DNA from: Chrysomallon squamiferum
Taxonomy: Eukaryota > Animalia > Mollusca
Assembly (NCBI GenBank): GCA_012295275.1
Contig: CM022665.1
Location: forward strand, 20,584,001 to 20,648,000
Direction: 5' to 3'
DNA length: 64,000 bases
In this document: piece by piece, positions 13,391 through 34,698 of the stretch
Position numbering within the stretch: position 1 is the stretch's first letter
Layout of the letters: the number at the start of each line of letters is the position of its first letter
The notes under the pieces: model-generated
Told to the model about the DNA's origin: nothing
The model's input: only the letters and a program-made list of their open reading frames with translations
Database searches by the model: none
Made by a program: the position numbers and the translations under genes

Positions 13391-16300
13391 CTGTTATATA
13401 ATATCTCGTGGTTCACATTTAAATTTTAATATGCAAATATGCCCTTCATTATTACAAAATTGGTCGTATAATCCTCCCGCACTCAGCTAAACACATACAA
13501 CAAGTTTTCGACATACCTTTCTTCTCGGGAGTGGGGGAATCAAATAGTGACGTAACAATTAACACTTACCACATCTCCATAAAAAGAGACACGGGCGACA
13601 CACTATGACGTAATAATTAACACCATTTTACCATATAAAGACAGATGCAGGTGACGTAACAGTTAACACTTACAATATTTCCATAGAAACGGAGACATTT
13701 GTGTTGCTATACACGTCTGTGACAGACAATTATCACTTACCACATCTCCATAGAAAGTGAGGCTTTTATTGAAGTCCGTAATGTTCATGTCGGAGACTGA
13801 CACATTTGACGAATCCTCTGAGGATGCCGTGGATTGAGACATACTGTTGTATGACTTGTCTTGTACACCTGAGATGTTCACGTCGTCTTTAACCAACTTT
13901 TCGGATCTAGGGATCACCGAGTCGTGGGTGTTACACAACGTGCCGTTGGTGTTACACAACGTGCCGTTCCCGTAGTTATTGAAAGAGTTTCGTGGCATGT
14001 CTTCGTGGGCCGAGCACGGTCTTGACTGCTCATGGAAGCTTGAAGAGGCACAAGGAGGACCGATCGGACCATCGAAAAGTAGTTCCTCGTCTGTACCGGC
14101 CTCCATGGAACAGTACGGACAAGCGTGATCGACGTGCGGCGCTTGCCAGTCGGACAACGACTCGGTATCCGTGTCGTCCGATTGGTCCTGCGCGGGAAGA
14201 CCCGAGGGAGAAAACGTGTCCGCCCAACAGACAGGCTCCCGGACTTTAGGGGACTGCTCAGTTAGGTGTGTGTCCCCACTGGATGACGACATACACTGGC
14301 AGTCTGGTGTAGTAGCAACGGAAGACGAGTCTGATGAAACTTTGTCATCTTTCATTAACGTCTTCTGTGTTTCTTGTGATTTACCGAGTTTTCGGTATTT
14401 CGCCGATTTCGGTCGTACGAGTTTCTTCTTTGGCGGGTCCGTTTCATTTTTCGAACTGCATTTTTTATTTCCTTCATTTATAGTCTTCTGTTCAGAGCTC
14501 TCGACTGCGATGGAAGATCCTTCCCAGACTTCCGTTTTATCAATTTCTCTATCATTATCCAGCGGTTTTGTAAGGATTTTATCGTCGAAGACAATTTGAT
14601 GATGACTGCTATCAATTTCATTGAAGGTAACACCAGCGTTATCTTCATCATTCTGGCTGCAGTTAACGGACTCAAGGCGAGGACGAGTTTCCACGGTATC
14701 AGAGCAGCTATTTATGACTATGGAAGGACAAATTTCTTCTGTTTTACTGGTGGTTTCTGCTGCAATGCTAGAACGACTTTCCTCGTTCTCCTCGTTTGGT
14801 TCTTTCTGTATATTAATATGTTCAGATTCCGATTCACTTTTATCGTCATAAGCAAACGCAATCGTCTTGTAATAATCTTGTTCAGGCGATCGTTCGTACA
14901 TCTGCTTGATCTGTATCATTTCAAGACCAAAGCCGTCATCCTCGGTGTCCGCAGTGTTGCCAGAACCACTAACCAACGACAAGGACTGTCTGACAGCGAC
15001 GTCATCCTCTTTCCGCTGCTCATTGTACATCCATGGATGTATTAGTATTTCCTGGGAGGGTATCTCACTTTGGCTGGCTGTGTTGTTTCTCTCTGAATAA
15101 AGATCTGACTTTGACTCCTGGTTCTCTTGGTTCTCCTTCACGTACACCCAGTTCCGGAAGACAACAAAGCTGTCGTGATTGTGGTTGCACGACAGCCTGT
15201 CGTCACACTTAAGAGTTTCCCGAACATCATCGGGTACGTGGCCTCTGAGGTCGTACACTTTAGAATCATCGGGTTGCGGCTGTCTGGTTATTTCTCCACT
15301 CTCCGTTAGCTGCTTCATGTTTCTCACGAATATCTCCTCGCCGATGATGGTTACTTTATTGTGGTCGTGGTTGCACGTTGACCGATGGAAACAAAACAAT
15401 ACATCGAGCACCTCTTTGGGAATGTTGGGCATATCGTCCAGAGAGTACTTGACCAAATCAGCCTGAATCTCTTCGTCTGAATCTGGAAAAAAAAGATCCT
15501 CCAACGTGGACGTCTGGACGAAATCTTCCCTGTCGCTCGCTTCCTCGCTGCTGTCGCTGTTGGAGTAATCCAGCAGAAGATCGTCCGTCTGGGCATAGTT
15601 GTGGGCAGCCACTCCCTCGGAATCGTATTCCTCGATACCGTCGTCGCGAATTTCGTCACTTTCCGGATTCAACTTGCTGCATACGTTGTTGCGGTTGATG
15701 AAGACGTCGTTCTCGCTGTAGATGGGGATGATTTCGTACTCCTGTTTCTGCGAGTCGTCTGTGCCTTTCTTAACCAGTTTCTTTTTCTGACTTTCCTCGG
15801 GTTTCTTTTTTCACATACACTTTGTTTCCTACCACGACGACAGAGCGGTGGTTGTGGGTGCAGTATTGCCGACTGACACACACCAGTGTGTCAAGAACAT
15901 CGGAGGGGATGTCTTCTGGGTTGCTGAGGTCGTAGACACTCTCTGAAGACGACTGCTTGTGCGGCGGAGGCTCCTGACTGTATGAACTCCGTCTGGACGA
16001 CTGATTCGATTGAGTGAGGCTGCGCTCATCTAGTCGAGTGATAATCTGACTCACCTGCTGTGAGTCGCAGGATCGCGCCCTCTTGTTTGTGTGTGACGTA
16101 GTGCAGGATGATCGGTCTCGAACTCGCAGCCTCCTGGATGCAAATCTGTATTTCGTTCTGCAAGATACTTTCCACGGTTTCCAGAAACGTCGACTATCTT
16201 CCTGCGCCGTGGAAGTACTCGCCTCCTCGTTCTGCTCTTCTGCAAAATATTAAAATGTGGGGGGGTTTTGGTGTGTTTTTTTGAAGATATATAAACAGTG

Positions 16301-17385
16301 GATTCTAGTTTACTTATACATATGTAACATACATACATATACACACATATACACTTTAAATACGTTCTTTACCCCCCCGCGAATAGCGAAAAACCGCGAA
16401 TATTGGATGCAGTTTTAAAACGTCTATTATGAGTTAATATACGGTACTAAATGCTTCCCAAACACTTTCTAAAGACACTCTTACTCATTAATACAGTAAT
16501 AATGTAGTAATATTGCATGCAGTTATGTATTTCACTAATGTAGTAATGATAATGTAAACACATTTTAATTTTGTACTGAAACAATATTTTAATCAGAAAG
16601 AAACGTAAGTACATGAGGACAGTAACACCACATAGCATAGTTACCCATACAGTATTACTGCACCGTAAAGTCATTTTCTATGTACAACATATGTATTAGA
16701 ATTGACAGAAAGTGGAACAAATTTAAAGGCAAAACAGACAGATAAATACAGTACGCACAGTTCAGGTAATAATAATACAATTCAGTAATAATATGCAATT
16801 AAAAACATTATTAATACACGGTCACAAACAATATGCACTGTATATACAGTGTATGCATTTATAAAAAAAAATACGTACTGTATTGCAATAATAATTGAAA
16901 AAATTTGATATTGTTTGTGCGGTTTACCGAGCATTTGTTTTTGTGACGTTATGACGCTAGCCTGGTATACCAGCATACGATGCGATAGGGTTAAGAGCCT
17001 AACCCGCGAATATGCGGGGCCGCGAATGGGGAACCGCGAATAGGTGAGGGTATACTGTAATTACATACACACATTACACACAGATATACATATATACATA
17101 CATACATACATTACTACATACATACATTACTACAACGACTACTACTGCTACTTCTACTAACATTAATATTATTATGTTTTTATTAACAAATGATTTTATT
17201 AAAACTTTAAAACGTCTGAGACTTTTTACCTTGTTCAGGAGCTGGGGTTCCTCGCTGTCCGGTTACCAATATAATCAACATCAGCACGACTGCAGCAGCA
17301 CTTAAATACCACGTGGTTTTGTTTATTACCAGCCATTCACTTATGTCAATCTCTTTAATATCTTTTAAATATTTCTCTGAAAAAA

Positions 17386-17420
<35 letters not shown>

Positions 17421-17669
17421 TAATAATACTATCAACAAAAAGTAAGAATAATAATAATAATAATAAAAATAATAATACTATCAACAAAAAGTAAGAATAA
17501 TAATAATAATAAAAAGTAATAATAATAATTAAATAAAAATATAAATACTACAACTAGCACTTACAGCTACTACTACTGCTAATTCTAATAATGACGATGA
17601 TGATCATAATAATAAAAACATTTTATAATAAACAAACGAATAAACAAATAAAGAAATAAATAAAAAGAC

Positions 17670-17716
<47 letters not shown>

Positions 17717-18076
17717 AAAAAAACATACCACACATAAGTAATAACAGAAATATGTTATCAGTACACCGATCAAGTTAAAAAAAAAAACATGTTTTTTTTT
17801 TTTTTGATAGATGTTGAAAGTAATAAATAATTTTACCTATCCACAGAAAAACTTTAAAACGGTTGCTCTGGGCGACATAGAGTGGGCACGAGGAGGGAGG
17901 TTCTGATTCTGGTTTTAAACATCTGTAATAATAAAAAAAACAGCAGTGAAGTTTGTTTTAACATTTATCATCACAGTACTGTTTCACAAAATACATAGAT
18001 ATACACGCACGCACACACGTACACACATGCACGCAGCCATAGATATTTAATTGAAAATCCATCATATTTAGGTTTT

Positions 18077-18119
<43 letters not shown>

Positions 18120-18509
18120 TATTATTATTATTATTATTAGTTAATTATTGTTTGGATGCTTGTGTTTGAAGCTAAACGAACAGTAACAACAAAAATAATC
18201 ATTTGAAAATGTTTATGTCCGTTGTCGTCATGTCATCTTTATAGACACATCCACCAAATCTACGCGAGACCCCCCATTATTTTGAATCCCTGGATTCGCC
18301 CCTTGTTGACTATATGGACACACTCAGTTTAAAATCAGTTTAATTATTAAATCAGAACAAACAAACTAAAAAGTAGACGGGTGTGTGTGTGGAAGAAAAC
18401 AAAGAAAGAAGGAAAGAAAGAAAGAAAGAAGGAACGATGGAAGAAAATAATGCGATGGCACTTCATGCGCATATCCTGCCCATTACAAAACATGATAAAA
18501 ACACCTCAT
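13112..18509 (-). CDS. Uncharacterized acidic protein (~950 aa) with an N-terminal TM segment, three Cys/His repeats and a C-terminal AKAP-like helix; one apparent +1 frameshift
   Basis: Proposed exons: 18509-18505 (start, tentative), 17922-17837, 17376-17230 (TM: WYLSAAAVVLMLIILVTG), 16239-13741 (2.5 kb, extra A in the run at 15806-15811) and 13234-13112 (SWLELAASWVVKKAIDKV...stop). All introns are GT-AG with matching phases. This model joins ORF-track ORFs 15770..16054 and 13663..15672. Confidence 0.75.
13545..13762 (-). repeat. Tandem copies (~50-70 bp) of an exon-end/5' splice donor junction
   Basis: On the minus strand, ttctatggagatgtg|gtaagtg at 13741 recurs as ctatggaaatatt|gtaagtg (13673), a decayed copy near 13625, and tttatggagatgtg|gtaagtg (13569). 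Confidence 0.8.
16368..17059. mobile_element. Non-autonomous Tc1/mariner-pogo-like DNA element in an intron
   Basis: The right end ...GAGGGTATACTG-TA (reverse complement TA-CAGTATACCCTC) is TIR-like. CCGCGAAT motifs repeat at both ends (16378-16402, 17004-17041) around an AT-rich core. The left terminus is degraded. Confidence 0.55.
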
Positions 18510-20100
18510 ATTTAAGTTTTACAGACAACATTAATCATTACCTGAAAAACAGAGCGTTAATAAAAAACATGGTAACATTTTAACAACTGGGATCCATTTA
18601 AATGAAATCCCAGTTTTAAAAATATCATTTTCTCGTTATTTCACCCATAACAGTACATATGACGTAATTGGAAACGTCATTAAAAGTGTTTAAATTATTC
18701 TCTTCAAAGTATGTGTATGCATTTGTTTGTATGGAACTAGAAGCAAAACTTTATCCATTTCAAACAAACAAACAAATTAATAAAATTCATTACTGTGCAT
18801 TGATTATTTATTTATTTATTTTATTGTTTTTGTTTTTCTTGTTATAAATAAAAATTCTTAAGTTAGCCTAAATAGTATCGGTATCTTTCGCAAAGAAAAC
18901 AGTGAAGGGGAAATATCGAATTAGTTTGATATGGGAATGGAGTACCAAGCAGAAGATGGTTTAAATATTCTTTCGATAAATCTTAGACGGTTTCTGATGC
19001 CATTTTACTATTTTCAGATATTTAGGACTCATTTAATTCTTCTTCTTTTTTTCTTCTTCTTTTTTCTAATGATATTGCTGTCGTTAATAATGTTCCATTA
19101 CACACTTTATTCATTTATTTCTACCATGATTTAAAATATTACATTATATCACGTTGATGTTTCAATTATTATAAAATAACTCGAATTGTTTTACAAGACT
19201 TAAGTATGATTCTCGCTCTGTGACAAGACAGGAACCAGTCATGATTCAATCCTCGTGCATGTCTATTATTAATAACTGCACCATGTTTACAAAGTATGTA
19301 AAAGGTTCCAGTAAGCATTTATTTATTTATTATCACATTTTTTTGTTTTTATTTTATTGTTGTTGTCGAAGAGTAAATAAGATTTTTTTATTTTATTTTG
19401 TTTTGTTGTTGTCTTTTTATTTATTTATTTATTTATTATTTCATTGTATCTATCTAAACAGATAGATAGATATATTGATAAAGTAGATATATAAATAGAC
19501 AGAAAGACAGAAAAATACGTAGATATGTATGTATAGATAGACTCAAACAAGGCTTAATTTGCTATATCGCAATTTTGACAAATAGTAACAAGACATCATT
19601 CCGTTGATGCAATCTGTTTGAAATACGTTTGAAGCTATCAGTTTATTTTATTTTATTTATTTATTCATTTATTATGTTTGAAATCGTTGAGTGTTAGTTT
19701 AATTCTATATCATACATGACAATTTGATGGGGGTTTTTTCTAAATAATTTATTTCTTCTTATTTTTAATATTAATTTTTATTTCATTATATATTTTGTGT
19801 TTTAAAACAATTTTTCTTATATGTTTTAAATGAAATAACTGTGAGTGTGTGCGAGTTTATGTGCATGTGTGGGTGTATGTGTGTTTGTGTGTTTGTGTGT
19901 GTGTTGTGAAGGTTTCAGTGAAATGGTTAAATAGTTGTTGAATGAACTAACAGCAGGCGGAAATAAAACTACGGTGCTCTAATATATTGGAGGAAATTCC
20001 AGACAATGTATTAATAGAAACCAAGTGACGAATTTAGATATGACTAGTATGAAGTGTGTGTCTTGCATGATTACTGTTATTGTTAACTGTAAAGCTAGTC

Positions 20101-29102
<9,002 letters not shown>

Positions 29103-29106
29103 TGAT

Positions 29107-29745
29107 TGACAGCACTTCATATCACCTTAATGACTAGATAATAGTAAAAATATTTCCTTTATGACAAGAAAAAATATTTTTTTCATGACAGCACTTCATA
29201 TCACCTTAATGACTAGATAATAGCCAAAATATTTCCTTTATGACAAGAAAAAATATTTTTTTCATGACATAATAATTAGTCAAAATATTTCCTTCATGAC
29301 ACAATAATTAGTCTAAATAATTACTTCTTGACAAACTAATTAGTCAGAATATTTTCTTAATGACAAAATAATTATTTCTGCATGCAATGATAGTTAGTCA
29401 AAGTATTTCTTTCATGACAAGTAAAAATATTTTTCCATGATAATAATTAGTCAAAGTATTTTCATTTCAAAATAATTAGTCAAAATATTTTCTTCATGTC
29501 AAAATAATTAGTAAAAATATTTTTTCATGACAAGATAATTAGTCAAAATAGTTTCTTGATGAAAAGATAATTAGTCAAATTATTTTATTCATGACAAAAT
29601 AACTAGTCAAAATGTTTTCTTCATGCCAAGATAATTAGTGAAAATATTTCCTTGATGACAAGACAATTAATCAAAATATTTTTTTAATAGATAAATAGTC
29701 AAAATATTTTCTTTAAGACAAAATAATTAGTCGGAATATTTTCTT
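29107..29745 (+). repeat. Tandem repeats immediately after the lipase stop codon (79-bp duplicate plus ~32-bp units tgacaaaataattagtcaaaatattttcttca)
   Basis: Directly visible. The 79-bp near-perfect duplicate starts at 29107 and 29186. Confidence 0.85.
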
Positions 29746-31779
29746 TTCTGAAATGTTCAATATCTTTTTTTGGAAAAGCAAAATTTATTGTAGTAGTATC
29801 TTCAAGAAGATTTGTCTAGACATTACAAAACAATAGCTGTGATAAGTAGAATTAATTTATGTTGAATATTTGTACAGTTTGCTACATTAAAATCTTATGA
29901 TGAATATTTGTATACATCTTAACTTAAATTAAGTTGCCAGCTTGAATTTTTCTGTTTCTTTAATTACCACACTTTTAATTAGAACTGTGTTTGTTATTTA
30001 AGGGTGGTGTATCTGTCCATATTTCTGTTGGTATATATGTAATGTCACCAGATTGTCACATATCTTTTTGTTTTTATTTCTGATATCTGGTATTTTTCTT
30101 AGCCTCTTGAATTTAACAGTGTGTTTTTTCAGCACTTATCAACAGAGGTACTGGGTTTAAATAACTGATATTCAGATAGTTTTAAAGTACTTATTTATTA
30201 TGTATTTTCTTATCAAGAACTTTTTAAAGTATTTTTGTATTAAGGTTTAAATATTATTTGAATTTCAATGTTTAATATTAAGGGTTTATTGTCTTAAAAT
30301 TTTGGAAATAATGACTTTAATTATTATATTTCTTGAAAATGACTGCAATGCATTCTTGTTTCTTTTCTTTTTTTTACTCTGTACATAACAATGTCTGTAT
30401 TCTTATGAACAGATAGCAGAGATTAATATTTTATAGTGTTGTTACTAAGTAAACAGTGCTTTAAAATATTCATTTCTGTATTACATGTAGTATCTGCAAC
30501 AGTCACTAAAATGTTTCATACATTTGAGTTTTATTGTATAATGTGAAAAACTGATGTTAAATTTTATTCTTTAAGTTTAAGACATGAAGTTAGCATTTAG
30601 AAATTTTTGTTATCATCCTCATTTTTTTTTACTTAAAAATATGCAATAAAGTTGGTGTCTTTGGTTTTTTTTCTCTGAAATTCAAATATTTTTGACTATA
30701 CAACATTTTTGTTTTAGACATAACCTAGTTTCCATATTTTTTGTATTGTTTTTTATTTTATTTTTATTTTTTTTATTTTTTTTGTGTTTCCACTGTACTT
30801 TTACACTGAAAGAAAATAATATGAAGAGTAAAAAAATTCCATCAGTGATATAAAATTCATTGTGTAAATTTGCTTGCTGTTGGTTTTGTTCTTGATACAC
30901 TGTTAATACAATTATTTTGAATTTCAAAATATATATATATATATTGCTTTAATGTTGTATTTTTTCATCAATGTGGTTTTGTTTTCTGTTAGTTGTACAC
31001 AGAGTGATGAGCAGATCTATGTCAGTACTGTTTTTGATTTTTACATTTTTGATGTTTTTCAAGCAAAATTATTTTGAACAGGTTTTTTTCTATTTTTCAT
31101 TTTTTAATGTGAACATTTTTTTATGTTGAAAAGTGTACAGGTCAATCATAAAATTGAAAAAAATATATCACAGATTGTGTTTATGTTTCAAAACTGGTGA
31201 AATGCAAACCCCATTATTAAAGTTTGAAATTATTTATTTAAAAAAAAAGATTTTTAAGCATTTAAAGCAATCAAATTATTGAGGTAAATGGAACAGTCAT
31301 GTAACAGCCAATAAATGCTAAAGTGTATGATTGTTTTTACAGATATATATTGTGACAAATACAAGGCCTGCTTTCCATTAATATAAACCTGCATTTGTAC
31401 ACACACACATATACATATATATATACAAACATACAAACACACATATATGAAGTTTTATATCTGTATTTCTCATATATAATTAGAAAATCAATGTTATGTA
31501 CTTAATTAGAGATGTCTTCCATTAACAAAATTTGCTTACCATGCTTATTTTCAGTGTATCATCACCTAATTGATAAATCACACATCTTCAGCTTTTCATA
31601 ATCCATGTGCAAAACATGCAGTGTAAATTCATGCACAAATATGAATTAATGAAAAGTAGGCCATATTTTTCAGTGTGTGATGAAAAAAATTGTATGTACA
31701 AGTTTTGTAACAGCTGCTAGATGCCATATGAAGATGAAAATAGTAAAGAAATATATTTTTGTATGAAATTATGTGTAAC

Positions 31780-31821
<42 letters not shown>

Positions 31822-33934
31822 TTTAATTTTTTTAATTTTAATTTTTATTGTTTTTTTGAACAGGGAAGAAAATTAATAGTAGCCTTAATTTTTGCATTTA
31901 AAAAAATAAATAAATACAAAAATTATTGTTGAAATTGTGTCCAAAAAAGCTGCAGTTTTATAAAATTGTATGAAAGAACTGTGTAATGATTATAAAAAAA
32001 AAAAAAAAAAAAAAGGTTTATTATGATTATGATTGTTATTATTTTTATGGATTAATAGCAGGATATTATTTAAAATTATTTATGTTGAATAATTAAAATG
32101 AAAACAATTACCTGTGCCAAAACTGTGTTTGTGTCCACATAGAATTGTGTTTTGGACAAAAAGATGTAATTAGAAAAAATAGTCAACAGAAACAAAACCA
32201 AGCAAATGGTTATTTCTAGAATCCTTATAAAACATGATTTACATTTTTATTTTTTTATTAACTATATTTTCTACTTCCTTATCTCAGCTCTTAAAACCAG
32301 TCTTACTGGTCATAATGAACAATTCCCTTTAACTTCAGAATAGTTTTAGAAACACACTTCATCCAAATATGATGATTTAAATAATCAAGATAAAACTTGC
32401 AATTGTTTGTGTTAGCGTAAAAGAAATAGATTTTGAAATATTAAATAAGAATGTTTTACATCAGTATATGAGAAACAAGTATTGAAATAATGTTTCATTT
32501 GTTACCTCACTTGTTTTTTTCTGGCAAAAAGCACACACTTCAAAACTCAGGTACATTTTTCAGGTAGTTAATTTTCATTAAAACCAGATATTTATACAGT
32601 TATTTTTTATTGTTTTGAATATAATAATTACAAGATATTTACTGGTCTTTTTTTTTTTAAAGCTAATTACCAACATATACTGATCTGTATTGAGATTACA
32701 TATGAATTATGGTGACCATTAATATTTCAGCATTTATTTTTTAAAAAATTGTTTCAGATATTAAAATGTGGCTATCACAGGAAAATTATTCAATTTTGTA
32801 AATGTATTTTAAAGGTCATTCTTCAGTTATAATTATGTACTTACCTCCACCAATAACATGTGTCATGATAGTAAAATAATGCCAAAACAAACAAAAAATG
32901 CATTTCTATATACACTCCACAATCAATGCATACTATTTATAGTATATCTTTTTTCTTAATTATAACCAGTATTTTATACTTTTAACATGGCTTAATTTAC
33001 TCTGAAGTCAGTCAATTTTACTTTTTTTATGAAACGAAATAAAAGATATGTGTGAAAATTTGTTTTGTATTTTTTTATATATAATACCTCTTTTTGTTGG
33101 ATCATTCATTTAAGTTTTTTCACCTGATATTAGAATAAATAATTCAGCTGGTTCTTGATTTAGTATTAATATAATTAATTCAATCTGTTACAATGATATT
33201 TAAATAATTTTATAACCAAAAATAACAGACTAAAGATTGTGTAGTAAATTTTATTTTTAGTTTACATCTTATTTATAAAAAAAAAAGATAGAAAATATAT
33301 GTATTTAAAAAAATTAAAAATGATGGGGGGTGAACAAATAATTAAATACATCTTGTTAATAACATCTTAATTTTCTGAGTCTTCAGTGATAAAATGGAAG
33401 AATAAAATATCACAGAGGTTAACATTTTAACTTTTGTAATGCCACTTAGAATACAGAAACTGTTTTGAAAATGTCTAGCAGACTTTAACTATTCTAATTA
33501 CTTTACTTTATTTTTATTAGTGGTAAATGTTTTGCTGTGTGCAAGGTGAAACTTTTCCACAATTCTTAATACACGGTTTCATACTAGAAGTCAAGAGATA
33601 ATTAATTTTACCAGTATTTGTTTATAACTGCTAATACTGACACCACTATCTTTGAATCATATGAAAATACTACAATAAAATTATTCCATGCTAAAAAAAA
33701 AATAAAAATAAATAAAAATAATAAATAAGTAAGTAAATAACAAAAAGATTATGTTAAATTTCATAATATTCCTAAAACAAAAAACAAAATGTAAAATGTA
33801 ATAAAAATACATCATTTTTTTTATTTGATTTACAAATAATACTAATACAAATAACAATAATTTAAACAGAATCAGGGATTTGCTAATCTGCATTCATCAG
33901 TCTTGGTGATGGTTGTGTAGGAATACATGGTTTA

Positions 33935-34545
33935 ACACTTATGAATAAATTATGTATGCATACAGTGTAGATTATTGTAAAAAACATTAATTAGGTATGT
34001 GTACAGTGTAGATCAACATATAAAGAAGGCATGCATTATATAGGTTAATGTAATATATATAAATTATGTCTGTGTACAGTGCACATTAATGTAATGTATA
34101 AATTATGTATGTACAGTGTAGATTAATGTAATAGATGTATAAATTATGTATGTGTACAATGTAGATTAATACATGTATAAATTAATTATACAGAGTGAAG
34201 ATTAATGTAACATTGATGTATAAATTAAGTACGAGTTCAGAGTAGATTAATGTAACATACATTAAGTATACGTACTGTGTAGATTAATGTAGCATGTATA
34301 AATTAGGTATGTGTACTTTGTAGATTAATGTAACATAAATTAAGCATGTATATGTACAGTGTAGATTATGTAATACAGAGGAATAAAATAGTTTTGTGTA
34401 GATTAACATAACCTGTAAAAAATTGAATCTATATACGGTGTAGATTAATGCAATACAAATGTATAAATTAGGCATGAGTAAGATGCATATTAATACAACA
34501 CAGAGGTATAATTTTGGTATGTGTAAGGTGTACATTAATATAAAT
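33935..34545. repeat. Degenerate ~40-bp tandem array downstream of the KIF25 stop codon
   Basis: Recurring tataaattatgtatgtacagtgtagattaatgtaa. Confidence 0.85.
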
Positions 34546-34698
34546 TTTGTCACAAAGATATCAAGTACCTATAAATATCCCACGGTGTATATATGTGTAT
34601 ATTTGTGTATTAAAAACAATAAAAGCTACAGATGACACTGTAGCTATATGATGTATATCACAAATATAAAAGGTACGTGACTCTAACTACGCAATGCA

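Noticed and set aside
13663-15672. The 669-aa ORF as a stand-alone intronless gene, transposon ORF or horizontally acquired gene
   Set aside because: No transposase, RT or gag motifs were seen. The ORF starts at a TTG in mid-frame, and phase-consistent GT-AG exons flank it on both sides.
15805-15812. Programmed -1 frameshift at the A AAA AAG-like sequence
   Set aside because: The shift needed is +1, not -1, and a homopolymer error is simpler.
13992-15876. Many overlapping antisense and alternate-frame ORFs over the large exon
   Set aside because: These are expected shadows of a GC-richer coding exon and show no recognisable motifs.
18285-18305. MITE terminus-like CCTGGATTCGCCCCTTG
   Set aside because: Only one short end is present, with no partner inverted repeat.
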